Notes: generated by a model not told the origin, from the sequence alone. DNA of 64,000 nt from Verrucomicrobiia bacterium (GCA_036498725.1 DASYEY010000126.1:3089-67088); one strand, 5' to 3'; shown: positions 26,854 through 36,017, counted from the stretch's first letter. A program made the numbers and translations.

Positions 26854-28944
26854 ATGGCTGAAAATAAAATTCAACTGTTCTGTTCGGACTTGGACGGCAC
26901 ATTGCTGGGCAACCCCGAAGCCACGCGCCGTTTTAAAGAAACCTGGGAAGCGTTGCCAAAAAAACAGCGCCCGCTATTGTGTTATAATTCCGGGCGCCTG
27001 GTGCAGGATATCATTGACCTGCTGGCAACTAAAACGCTGCCGTGGCCGGATTACATCATCGGCGGCGTTGGCACGCAGGTCTATGACGGCCGCCAAAAAC
27101 GTTCCTTCAAGGATTACAGCAAGATTTTCGGTGCGGATTGGGATTTAAAAAAGATTGAAACCATCCTGTCTAATTTCCCGGGCATCAGCCGGCAACCGCC
27201 GCAGTTTCTCCATCCATACAAATCCAGCTGGTATCTGCATCACGCGCCGGCGGAAACGTTGGAGCAATTAAAAAACCTGCTCGCCCAGGCCGGGCTGCAA
27301 GTAAGCCTGGTCTATTCCAGTCTGCGGGATCTGGACGTGTTGCCCGCAAAAACGAACAAGGGTTCCGCGCTGCAATGGCTGTGTGAAAAGTTTTCCGTGC
27401 CCTTGAACGGCGTGCTGGTGGCCGGCGATACCGGCAACGACAGCAGCCTGTTTCTCCTGCCGGGCGTGCGCGGAATCGTGGTGGAAAATGCGCAGCCAGA
27501 ATTGTTTGAAGCGGTCGTGCACCTGCCCACGTTCAGCGCGGACCAGATCATGGCCGACGGGGTCATCGAGGGGTTGAAACATTTTGGCGTCATCCCCAAC
27601 GCGCCGTCGCTGGCCGGTTCCGCGATGCGCGCCGACGAGATGAATCCGGCCATGCGCATGCTGTTCACCGAAGCGGCGCTGGGCACCCTGACCTCGGAGG
27701 AACGCCAGTTGATCTACACCGGCTATGAACAGGCCCTGGTCGCGTTGCGCAAGAACATCACGCCGCTGGGTTTCTCCGCCTGTTCCTTGGAAGATAACGA
27801 AGTGACGGGTACGGACGTGAATTATCGCAGTGTTTGGGCGCGTGATGGTTCCATCACCATCATCAGCACGATTGAACTGGATGATCCGCAGATCCGTGCG
27901 GCGCAGAAACAGACCTTGCGCACTTTGCTCGACCATGTCTCGCCGAACGGCCAGGTGCCCGCGAATGTAAGAATTGATTCCGGCACGCCGGATTACAGCG
28001 GGGTTGGTGGCATTTGCTCCATTGATAGCGGACTGCTCGTCGTCATCGCGTTTTATCATTACGTCAATAAAACGCAGGATTTTGACCTGCTCGCGGAATA
28101 CGCGGATCGCCTCCAGCGGACGATGAATTGGTTGAGCGCGCTCGACAGCAACAATGACGGCTTGCTGGAAATTCCCGAAGCCGGCGACTGGACGGATTTG
28201 TTCGGTCGCAGTTATCATGTGCTCTACGACGAGATTCTCTGGTATCGCGCCAATGTCTGTTTCGGGCGCCTGCTGGAGTTCCAGAAAAAATTCGACAAGG
28301 CGGCGGATTATTTGCGCTGGTCGCAATTTATCCGCGGCAAGATTCTTGCCGCGTTCTGGCCGTCCACGAAGAGTCGCGAAGCGCCGGTGCAAGTGACGTT
28401 CGCTGATCGCCAGTTTTCGTTGGGTGATTCCAGTTACCTGCTCGCCGAGATCACCCCCTTCAGCTTCAACTGGCGTTGTGACGTGTTCGGTAACATCATC
28501 GCGTTTTTGAATAACGTCCTGGATGTTGACCATGCGCGGGTCGCTTTCAAGTTCATGTGGGGGGTCGGGGTCAATGATCCGTGGCCCGTGGTGAATCTGT
28601 ATCCGCCGGTGCAAGCCGGCGATCCGGATTGGCGCGCCTATTACACCGTAAATCTGTTGAATCTGCCCGCTCATTATCACAATGGCGGTATCTGGCCTTT
28701 CATCGGCGGCATGTGGGTGCGGTTCATCCATCGGCTCGGCCTTTACGAAGTCGCCAGCCGTGAACTGCTGAAGCTGGCGCAACTCAACCGGCTCGGGAAA
28801 AATCAGGAATGGGAATTTAACGAGTGGATGCATGGACGCACCGGCAAACCCATGGGCAAATGTTTTCAAGCCTGGTCCGCTGCCTCCTACATCCACGCGT
28901 GCCTGGAATTGCAGATCAGCGCGGACAGTTTACCGCGCGATTGA
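26854..28944 (+). CDS. Fusion: sucrose-phosphate-phosphatase-like HAD-IIB domain + GH100 (neutral invertase)/amylo-alpha-1,6-glucosidase-like (alpha/alpha)6 domain
   Basis: HAD motifs are intact: 'FCSDLDGTLLG' (DxDxT), 'CYNSGR', 'PAKTNKGSAL', 'VAGDTGNDSSLF'. The C-terminal half has 'NYRSVWARDGS', 'GGICSIDSGLLVVIAFYHY', 'NNDGLLEIPEAGDWTDL' and 'HYHNGGIWPFIGGMW'. Confidence 0.65.
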   Translation: MAENKIQLFCSDLDGTLLGNPEATRRFKETWEALPKKQRPLLCYNSGRLVQDIIDLLATKTLPWPDYIIGGVGTQVYDGRQKRSFKDYSKIFGADWDLKKIETILSNFPGISRQPPQFLHPYKSSWYLHHAPAETLEQLKNLLAQAGLQVSLVYSSLRDLDVLPAKTNKGSALQWLCEKFSVPLNGVLVAGDTGNDSSLFLLPGVRGIVVENAQPELFEAVVHLPTFSADQIMADGVIEGLKHFGVIPNAPSLAGSAMRADEMNPAMRMLFTEAALGTLTSEERQLIYTGYEQALVALRKNITPLGFSACSLEDNEVTGTDVNYRSVWARDGSITIISTIELDDPQIRAAQKQTLRTLLDHVSPNGQVPANVRIDSGTPDYSGVGGICSIDSGLLVVIAFYHYVNKTQDFDLLAEYADRLQRTMNWLSALDSNNDGLLEIPEAGDWTDLFGRSYHVLYDEILWYRANVCFGRLLEFQKKFDKAADYLRWSQFIRGKILAAFWPSTKSREAPVQVTFADRQFSLGDSSYLLAEITPFSFNWRCDVFGNIIAFLNNVLDVDHARVAFKFMWGVGVNDPWPVVNLYPPVQAGDPDWRAYYTVNLLNLPAHYHNGGIWPFIGGMWVRFIHRLGLYEVASRELLKLAQLNRLGKNQEWEFNEWMHGRTGKPMGKCFQAWSAASYIHACLELQISADSLPRD

Positions 28945-29031
28945 TCAACGATGCTGCGCCTTGGCCCCGGATGAATGTACTTAATTTATTTGAGCAAAGC
29001 CACTAGACTGCGGGTGTCTCGATAAAATGAC

Positions 29032-30321
29032 ATGAAAGCCATCCCTCTGCCGCCGGCCTTGTTTACGCTCAACCGCGAACGGCTGGTCAAAAAATTGTTG
29101 CCGCGGTCGGTCGCGGTCTTTAACGCGAATGACGTCATGCCCACGAATGCCGACGGCACGATGGGCCACCTGCAAAATGCCGACTTGTTTTATCTTACCG
29201 GCGTCCATCAGGAGGAGACGATCTTGTTGCTGGCGCCGGACGCTTCCGATCCCAGCCAGCGTGAAATTCTGTTCGTGCGGGAGACCAGCGAACATCTGGT
29301 CATCTGGGAAGGCCACAAGCTTACGCTGGTACAAGCCACGCAGGTTTCCGGCATCAAGAATGTGAAGTGGCTTTCCGAGTTTCCGTCGGTTTTCCGCCAG
29401 ATCACCTGTGAACTGGAAAATATCTACCTCAATACCAACGAACATCAGCGGGCAGAAGTGGCGGTGGAAACCCGTGACGCACGTTTTATCCGCGATTGCC
29501 GGGCGCGCTTTCCCTTGCACCAATATCAACGGCTGGCACCGCTCATGCACGAGTTGCGTTCGGTGAAGTCAGTTTACGAAATCGAGGCGATCCAGGCTGC
29601 CTGCACGCTGACGGGCAAAGGTTTCAAGCGTGTCTGCAAATCGTTGAAACCCGGCATTAACGAGGCCGAAGTTGAAGCCGAGTTCGCGTATGAATTTATC
29701 CGTCATAAAGGGCAATTCGCCTATCCGCCAATCATCGCCAGTGGCGCGAACAACAATGTCCTGCATTACAACCAGAATGATCAGCCATGCAAAAAGGGGG
29801 AGCTGTTGCTGTTGGACGTCGCCGCTGGCTTGGGTAATTACATGAGCGACCTGACCCGCACGATACCGGTGAGCGGCAAATTTTCGCGCCGCCAGAAACA
29901 GGTTTACAACGCGGTGTTGCGGATTTTTCGCGCCCAGGTGGCTGCGTGTGTGCCCGGCAAAACGACGAAGGATTTACGGTTGGAATGCGAAGAACTCACG
30001 GCCAAAGAATGTGTTGATCTCGGGTTGCTTAAAATGTCCGATCTCAAAAACCCGAAACCGGGCGTGCCAACGGTCAAAAAATATTTCATGCACGGTGTCT
30101 CGCATCCCATCGGCCTCGATGTGCATGACGTAACTTACAGCCATTACCGGATCGAGCCGGGCTGGGTGGTAACCGTGGAACCGGCGATTTATATTCCGGC
30201 GGAAGGTTTTGGCATCCGGCTCGAAAACACCATCGTGGTCACTGAGACCGGCCAGCTGGATTTGATGGCGGATATCCCGATTGAAGCCGATGAGATCGAG
30301 GCTTTGATGAACCGCCGATGA
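29032..30321 (+). CDS. pepP: Xaa-Pro aminopeptidase (M24B)
   Basis: 'LLLLDVAAGLGNYMSDLTRT', 'HGVSHPIGLDVHD', 'VVTVEPAIYIP', 'GIRLENTIVV'. N-terminal AMP_N-like domain. Confidence 0.85.
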   Translation: MKAIPLPPALFTLNRERLVKKLLPRSVAVFNANDVMPTNADGTMGHLQNADLFYLTGVHQEETILLLAPDASDPSQREILFVRETSEHLVIWEGHKLTLVQATQVSGIKNVKWLSEFPSVFRQITCELENIYLNTNEHQRAEVAVETRDARFIRDCRARFPLHQYQRLAPLMHELRSVKSVYEIEAIQAACTLTGKGFKRVCKSLKPGINEAEVEAEFAYEFIRHKGQFAYPPIIASGANNNVLHYNQNDQPCKKGELLLLDVAAGLGNYMSDLTRTIPVSGKFSRRQKQVYNAVLRIFRAQVAACVPGKTTKDLRLECEELTAKECVDLGLLKMSDLKNPKPGVPTVKKYFMHGVSHPIGLDVHDVTYSHYRIEPGWVVTVEPAIYIPAEGFGIRLENTIVVTETGQLDLMADIPIEADEIEALMNRR

Positions 30322-32681
30322 AACCCGGCGCGTGGGCATGGCTGCTGGTTGGCCTATGGGCCGGGCAAAACTTGATTGCCGCCGACAGTGCCGCGGATTA
30401 TCCACGCGCTGAATCGCTGGCCGGGCGCACGGAAGGGAAAGTTTTCCGCGAAGTGGTCACACCGCATTGGTTCCCGGATAATCATCATTTCTGGTATCGC
30501 GTAGCCACTGGTCCCGACACGCATGAGTTTGTGCTGGTGGATGCGACGACGGGAAAAATCCAGCGGGCGGCAACCGCCGAAGCTTTGGGCTTGCCGGAAA
30601 ATAAACACCTTTCCACCTCAGCACAATCTTTTCTGGCGCCGAAACGCACCGGGCACACTGGTGACGAAACCATCCTGCGCTTGAGCAATCAAACGGTCGA
30701 AGCAGTGGATGTCTTTTGGGTGAACGAAAGTGGCGAGCAACGACCTTACGGCCAGTTGCGGGCGGGTGAACGAAAGGATTTTAATACTTATGCCGGTCAT
30801 GTTTGGTTGGTGAAGGACAGGCATAATCGTCCGCTCGGATATTTTGAAGCAACGCCGGACATGTTGGAAGTTGATGTTGATGAGCCTCCCCCGAAGTCAG
30901 AGCCACCGTTGATGAGACATAGACGAAAGGCCGCTGATCAATCACCCGATGGAAATTTTTCAGTGCGCTTTGAAGATCAAAACGCTGTGCTGTTTTCCAC
31001 CAATGGCATAAAAACAATTTTGACCAAGAATGGTACCATGGAACATCCCTTTCGTGGGCCGGTCGTATGGTCGCCGGATTCCCGTCATTGTGTCTTGTTT
31101 TCGGTGCAATCGGCGCCGGCGCACGTGGTGAGCATCGTTGAATCTTCGCCGCCCGACCAAGTGCAGCCGAAATTGCTCCAATTCGATTACTACAAACCTG
31201 GCGATGTGCTGCCGCATGTGCAACCGGTGTTGGTTGACGTGGTGGACAAGACGGCCGCAGTCATTCCAGATGACCTTTTCACGAATGCCTTCACGCCGGA
31301 CGGTGAATTAAACATCCGCTGGTCACCGCGTAGTGATGAATTTTATTTCGACTACAACCAGCGTGGTCATCAGCTTTACCGCGTCCTGGCGGTGAATGCG
31401 ACCAATGGAGCCGTTCGTACGGTGGTTGAGGAGCGCAGCAAAACCTTTGTGGATTATGAAACGAAAACCTGGCGTGCCTGGCTGGATGATTCCGGCGAAT
31501 TGCTCTGGATGAGCGAACGCGATGGGTGGGCGCATCTGTGGCTTTATGCAATTGCCACCGGCACGGTGAAAAATGAAATAACGCGCGGTGACTGGGTCGT
31601 ACGTGAGGTATTGAAGGTGGATGGGGAAAAACGGCAGGTCTGGTTTCTGGCCAGTGGTGTACAGCCAGGCGAGGATCCGTACCATCACCAGCTTTGCCGG
31701 GTGAATTTCGACGGGTCCGGTTTCATCCAACTCACCCAGGGTGATGGCGACTATACGGTGGAATTTTCGCCGGATGGAAATTATTTCATCGCGAAATACT
31801 CGCGCGTGGACCTGCCGCCGGTCACGGAATTACGACGCAGTGATGATGGTAAATTGATCTGCGAACTCGAACATGCCGATGCCACGCAACTGGTTCAATC
31901 CGGCTGGACGCCGCCGGAACGGTTCGTTGCCAAAGGGCGCGATGGCCAGACAGACATTTACGGCGTGCTCATCAAGCCGTCGAATTTTGATCCCAGGAAG
32001 AAATATCCGGTGGTCGAGGAAGTTTATGCCGGGCCACAGGATTCATTTGCCCCGGTAAAATTCAGCCGGCTGCTTCGGCAGCACCAGATCGCGGAACTGG
32101 GTTTTATTGTCGTGCAGGCGGATGGCATGGGTACGGACAATCGCGGTAAAAAATTTCACGATGTCTGCTGGAAAAATTTGCAGGACGCCGGCTTTCCTGA
32201 CCGGATCGCGTGGATGAAAGCCGCCGCCCAAACCCGGCCATGGATGGATCTATCGCGCGTCGGGATCTATGGTGGTTCCGCCGGCGGCCAGGATGCCCTG
32301 CGCGCGTTGCTCGACTATAATGATTTTTATCAGGTTGCCGTGGCCGATTGCGGCTGCCACGACAACCGCATGGACAAGCTTTGGTGGAATGAACAATGGC
32401 TGGGCTGGCCGGTGGATGAAGCCTATGTGCGTAGTTCAAATGTGGCGGATGCCCATAAATTGAAGGGTAAACTGTTGCTCATGGTCGGTGAACTGGATCA
32501 TAACGTGGATCCGGCCTCAACGATGCAGGTCGTGAACGCATTGGAAAAAGCGGATAAAGATTTTGAGATGCTGGTCATCACCGGATCGGATCATGGCTCG
32601 GCGGAAACACCCTACGGCAGCCGCCGGCGGATGGATTTTCTTGTCCGCAACCTGCTGGGCACTGATCCGTCGGTTCATTAA
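30318..32681 (+). CDS. S9B dipeptidyl-peptidase-IV-like serine peptidase
   Basis: Signal peptide. Long beta-propeller-like N-terminal region. Catalytic domain 'VGIYGGSAGG' (GxSxGG), 'VGELDHNVD' and 'ITGSDHG'. The start overlaps the pepP stop (ATGA 30318-30321). Confidence 0.8.
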   Translation: MKPGAWAWLLVGLWAGQNLIAADSAADYPRAESLAGRTEGKVFREVVTPHWFPDNHHFWYRVATGPDTHEFVLVDATTGKIQRAATAEALGLPENKHLSTSAQSFLAPKRTGHTGDETILRLSNQTVEAVDVFWVNESGEQRPYGQLRAGERKDFNTYAGHVWLVKDRHNRPLGYFEATPDMLEVDVDEPPPKSEPPLMRHRRKAADQSPDGNFSVRFEDQNAVLFSTNGIKTILTKNGTMEHPFRGPVVWSPDSRHCVLFSVQSAPAHVVSIVESSPPDQVQPKLLQFDYYKPGDVLPHVQPVLVDVVDKTAAVIPDDLFTNAFTPDGELNIRWSPRSDEFYFDYNQRGHQLYRVLAVNATNGAVRTVVEERSKTFVDYETKTWRAWLDDSGELLWMSERDGWAHLWLYAIATGTVKNEITRGDWVVREVLKVDGEKRQVWFLASGVQPGEDPYHHQLCRVNFDGSGFIQLTQGDGDYTVEFSPDGNYFIAKYSRVDLPPVTELRRSDDGKLICELEHADATQLVQSGWTPPERFVAKGRDGQTDIYGVLIKPSNFDPRKKYPVVEEVYAGPQDSFAPVKFSRLLRQHQIAELGFIVVQADGMGTDNRGKKFHDVCWKNLQDAGFPDRIAWMKAAAQTRPWMDLSRVGIYGGSAGGQDALRALLDYNDFYQVAVADCGCHDNRMDKLWWNEQWLGWPVDEAYVRSSNVADAHKLKGKLLLMVGELDHNVDPASTMQVVNALEKADKDFEMLVITGSDHGSAETPYGSRRRMDFLVRNLLGTDPSVH

Positions 32682-32791
32682 ATGACGTGAGCTGGACGGG
32701 ACGTGCTCGGTAAAATCAGGTTTGCCAGCCGGGCTTGGGGATAATATCTTCTCGGGGTGTCCAACCAACTGAACACCACGACGACAATTTA

Positions 32792-32855
32792 GCGTTCATT
32801 CCCCAGCGGAATGAACGCCAACGCCTCCCACCAACCGTGCGGGGCGTTTTTGTTT
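32792..32855 (+). terminator. Candidate terminator region after the peptidase operon (perfect 11-bp hairpin followed by a second stem with T-run)
   Basis: 'GCGTTCATTCCccagcGGAATGAACGC' (32792-32818), then 'ACGCCTCCcaccaaccgtgcGGGGCGTTTTTGTTT' (32821-32855). Confidence 0.45.
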
Positions 32856-32951
32856 GGTGAAATGTCGCGCAAAGAGCGTGCAGGGTGCGAAGAATGATTT
32901 GTAATGACTTCGCCCGCTTCACGATCTTCGCGCAGGGAAACAAAAAAATTT

Positions 32952-35000
32952 ATGGCCGACGAACAACAAGATCCGAAAGAGCGTAAAACGCTTGATGACC
33001 GCAACAAGATGTCCGACCTCGAACGCCTCCGGCATTCGTGCGCGCACGTCTTCGCCACTGCCGTCTTGCGCCTCTGGCCCGAAGCCCAACTCGCTTACGG
33101 TCCACCCGTCGAGACCGGTTTTTATTATGACCTTGAAATGCCGCATCGCATCTCGCAAGAGGATTTTGCGCGCATCGAAGAGGAGATGAAGAAAGAGATC
33201 AAGGCCAATAACGTTTTCCAGAAGGTCGAAGTGCCGCGCGAACAGGCCATCAAGGACGCACAGAGCGGCCGTCTCGGCGGTTTGAGCGAACGTCCCGGCA
33301 ACGTGAGCCGGTTTAAGCTCGATCTCATCGCGCAGATTCCCGAAGGCGAAGCCATTTCGTATTTTCAGAACGGTGACTTCCTCGATCTTTGTGCCGGACC
33401 GCACGTGATGCGCACGGGCAATATTGGCGCGTTCAAACTTACGAGCGTGGCTGCGGCATATTACAAGGGCGACGAAAAAGGCCCGCAGCTCCAGCGCATC
33501 TACGGCACGGCGTTCAAGAACAAGACCCTGATGGACGAGTATTTCAAGATGCTCGAAGAAGCCAAGCGCCGCGACCATCGCAAGATCGGCGCGGAGATGG
33601 GGCTGTTCGCAATTGATACGGAATACGTCGGGCCGGGGATGCCATTGTGGCTGCCGAAAGGCACGATGCTGGTGGAGGAATTGGAAAAATTGGCGAAAGA
33701 AACTGAGTTCGCCGCCGGCTATGTCCGCGTCCGCACGCCGCATCTGGCGCGGGAAAAGATGTATAAGACGAGCGGTCACCTGCCCTATTACGCCGAGTCC
33801 ATGTTTCCGCCGATGGAATTGGTCGGCGAAGGCAAAGTGGACGCTGAACTTGAGCGCAAGATCAAGGACGTCGAAAGCAAATTGCACGCCTTGGAAGCCG
33901 ATGTGGAAAATATCGAGGCCAAAAAGAAAGCCGTCGGCCTGGTGGAAGAAGATGATGAAGCGGAAGGCGAAGATTTGTTTGGCGAGGAAAAGCTGAAGAA
34001 AGAACTGGCTGCCCTCGTCGCCAGCCGCACTGATTCCGATCGGTATTATTTGAAGGCCATGAACTGTCCGCATCACCACCGCATTTTTGCGGCGGAACCG
34101 CACAGCTATCGTGATCTCCCATTGCGCCTGGCGGAATACGGCACCTGCTACCGCTATGAGCAGAGTGGTGAATTATTCGGCTTGATGCGTGTGCGTTCGC
34201 TCAACATGAACGACGCCCACATCTATTGCACCGAAGAACAGTTCGCCGAAGAGTTCCGGGCAGTGAACGACATGTATTTGAAGTATTTCAAGATTTTCGG
34301 CCTGGAAAAATATCAGATGCGTTTCAGCACGCACTCAAAGGAAGGTCTCGGCAAGAAATATGTCAATGAACCTGAGCTATGGCTTAAAACCGAGGACATG
34401 GTGCGCAAGGTTCTCAACGAATCCGGCATCAACTATGTCGAGGTCGCCAACGAAGCCGCGTTCTATGGGCCGAAGATTGACGTGCAGGTCTGGAGCGCCA
34501 TCGGCCGTGAATTCACCATCGCCACGAATCAGGTGGATTTCGCCGTGCCCGCCAAGTTTGGCCTGACCTACCGCGACAAGGACAATTCCAACAAGACGCC
34601 GTTGTGCATTCATCGCGCGCCGCTGGGCACGCATGAGCGCTTCATCGGCTTTCTCATCGAACATTATGCGGGCAACTTCCCGCTCTGGCTCGCACCGGAC
34701 CAGGTGCGCGTCATCACGCTTAGCGACGACGCAGCGTTGATTGATTACGCCCAGCCCATTGTGAACGAACTGCGCGCGAACATGGTGCGCGTGGATTCTG
34801 ATTTCAGCGCCACGCCGTTTAAGGCGAAGATCGCGAACGCGGAACAATTGCGCGTGCACACGATGCTCATCATTGGCGGCAAAGACATGGAAGCCGGCAA
34901 TGTGTCGGTGCGCTTGCATCACGTGGGCCCGCAAGGCGCGAAGCCGAAGGCGGAAGTAGTGGCGGACATCTTGGCGAGTATCCGCGAACGAAGGGCCTAA
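32952..35000 (+). CDS. thrS: Threonine--tRNA ligase, with a ~70-aa charged insertion before motif 1
   Basis: 'RHSCAHV', 'YLKAMNCPHH', 'FGLMRVRSLNMNDAHIY', 'FYGPKIDVQ', 'CIHRAPLGTHERFIGFLIEHYAG'. ATG at 32952 ('MADEQQD') is preferred; an in-frame ATG at 32904 is the alternative. Confidence 0.9.
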   Translation: MADEQQDPKERKTLDDRNKMSDLERLRHSCAHVFATAVLRLWPEAQLAYGPPVETGFYYDLEMPHRISQEDFARIEEEMKKEIKANNVFQKVEVPREQAIKDAQSGRLGGLSERPGNVSRFKLDLIAQIPEGEAISYFQNGDFLDLCAGPHVMRTGNIGAFKLTSVAAAYYKGDEKGPQLQRIYGTAFKNKTLMDEYFKMLEEAKRRDHRKIGAEMGLFAIDTEYVGPGMPLWLPKGTMLVEELEKLAKETEFAAGYVRVRTPHLAREKMYKTSGHLPYYAESMFPPMELVGEGKVDAELERKIKDVESKLHALEADVENIEAKKKAVGLVEEDDEAEGEDLFGEEKLKKELAALVASRTDSDRYYLKAMNCPHHHRIFAAEPHSYRDLPLRLAEYGTCYRYEQSGELFGLMRVRSLNMNDAHIYCTEEQFAEEFRAVNDMYLKYFKIFGLEKYQMRFSTHSKEGLGKKYVNEPELWLKTEDMVRKVLNESGINYVEVANEAAFYGPKIDVQVWSAIGREFTIATNQVDFAVPAKFGLTYRDKDNSNKTPLCIHRAPLGTHERFIGFLIEHYAGNFPLWLAPDQVRVITLSDDAALIDYAQPIVNELRANMVRVDSDFSATPFKAKIANAEQLRVHTMLIIGGKDMEAGNVSVRLHHVGPQGAKPKAEVVADILASIRERRA

Positions 35001-35005
35001 CCACT

Positions 35006-35082
35006 GGAGCGCGGAGCATTGCTCCGCGTGTTCTCTTTGCAGTGCTGAGTAGAATTAGCGGAGCAGCAATGCTCCGCGCTCC
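35006..35082. repeat. REPIN-like inverted doublet of the REP palindrome GCGGAGCA(N)TGCTCCGC
   Basis: 'GGAGCGCGGAGCATTGCTCCGC' (35006-35027) and 'GCGGAGCAGCAATGCTCCGCGCTCC' (35058-35082). The asymmetric tails GGAGCGC/GCGCTCC are mutually complementary. The doublet lies between the thrS stop and the RAYT stop. Confidence 0.85.
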
Positions 35083-35083
35083 G

Positions 35084-35875
35084 TCAGCTTGGAAATTTTA
35101 ACTCCCATGTTTGTGGGTTGCGAAAGCGAGCGCTACTAAATGGCCAATCTTCAGGCGTATGGCAAAGTTTTGCCTTTATCGGATTATTTTCGATATAGCG
35201 CATAGCTTTCTGCGTTTGTTCTGAATCCCGCATATAGGTGTCCCAGTAGTCCATTTGCCAAAAATCACCAGTGCGTACCAGCAGCTTGTTCGCAGTGACG
35301 GCGGTAAAGGATTTCCAATTCTGAATTATCTTTAAAAGTGGCGTAGTGTTCACTTTGATCAACGCATGAACATGATTCGGCATCACGACCCAAGCTAGCA
35401 GATCAAACCGTTGGCCGTGATGAAAGCACATGGCTTTTTCCACTAGCGCAGCGATGTGCGGATTCCGGAGGAAACATTCGCCATGGCCTCGGTCGATGTA
35501 TTCCTCCAGTTTCCTGTGTTGTTCACGGGCGGCGTCATGACGGTGAGCAAGGCTGTTAATACGTTCGGGCGAAGCAATGCTTCGCGCTCCAGCTTGGGCT
35601 TCTTCACCCGGCGCAGCGGAACGCGGAGCATTGCTCCGCTCGGCGGCCAGCAAAGACTTCCACTCTCCACGCTGCGAAGCTGGCAAAGAATCCCATAGTC
35701 GAAACGTAACAAATTGAACCAAGCCGGGCTTGTCGCAATGTGGTAGATAGCCACGTTCATGCCAGCCTTTAAAATCTTGATTTTTTGCACCTGGTGGGAG
35801 TGGCACACTCCACGCTTGCTTTTCAGCGACGAGGCGGCGCAGGTGTTCGCGCTTGGATTGAGGCGGATGTTCCAT
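35084..35875 (-). CDS. REP-associated tyrosine transposase (RAYT; IS200/IS605-like Y1 HUH transposase)
   Basis: 'LVQFVTFRLWDSLP'. HUH motif in 'WVVMPNHVHALIKV'. Catalytic Tyr region 'KAMRYIENNPIKAKL'. Flanked on both sides by REP palindromes. ATG at 35875 ('MEHPPQSK') is preferred over the track's TTG at 35935, which lies inside a REP. Confidence 0.8.
   Translation of the reverse strand: MEHPPQSKREHLRRLVAEKQAWSVPLPPGAKNQDFKGWHERGYLPHCDKPGLVQFVTFRLWDSLPASQRGEWKSLLAAERSNAPRSAAPGEEAQAGARSIASPERINSLAHRHDAAREQHRKLEEYIDRGHGECFLRNPHIAALVEKAMCFHHGQRFDLLAWVVMPNHVHALIKVNTTPLLKIIQNWKSFTAVTANKLLVRTGDFWQMDYWDTYMRDSEQTQKAMRYIENNPIKAKLCHTPEDWPFSSARFRNPQTWELKFPS
35569..35639. repeat. REP palindrome doublet located inside the RAYT coding sequence
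   Basis: 'GCGAAGCAATGCTTCGCGCTCC' (35569-35590) and 'GGAACGCGGAGCATTGCTCCGC' (35617-35639). In frame, these encode '...ERSNAPRSAAPGEEAQAGARSIASPE...'. Confidence 0.8.
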
Positions 35876-35926
35876 GGGAGCGTAGAGCGTTACTCTATAT
35901 GATTCGATTGAATCACAAAGGGATTC

Positions 35927-35948
35927 GCGGAGCAATGCTCCGCGCTCC
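35927..35948. repeat. REP palindrome copy upstream of the RAYT gene
   Basis: 'GCGGAGCAATGCTCCGCGCTCC', 52 nt upstream of the RAYT ATG. Confidence 0.85.
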
Positions 35949-36017
35949 GGGCGATATGGAAGGTGGCGATGTGGATAACAAGCTGGACGGCTTGATTCAC
36001 TGAACCAATCATATAGA

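Noticed and set aside
27268-28896. 542-aa ORF on the minus strand, antisense to the HAD::GH100-like gene
   Set aside because: The Arg/Gly/His-rich, motif-free translation is typical of the antisense frame of a GC-rich gene. The plus-strand ORF carries clear HAD and glycosidase motifs.
32919-34103. 394-aa minus-strand ORF overlapping thrS
   Set aside because: It is antisense to an unambiguous ThrRS and has no recognisable motifs. The same reasoning applies to 41081-42244 (antisense to rho), 22305-23183 (korB), 17712-18683 (ABC), 20631-21407 (korA), 16588-17322, 12484-13203 and 8558-9190.
35876-35935. Longer RAYT N-terminus starting at the track's TTG (35935)
   Set aside because: That TTG lies inside the upstream REP palindrome, and the extra 20 residues ('MLRESLCDSIESYRVTLYAP') have no homology expectation. 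The ATG at 35875 gives a conventional N-terminus.
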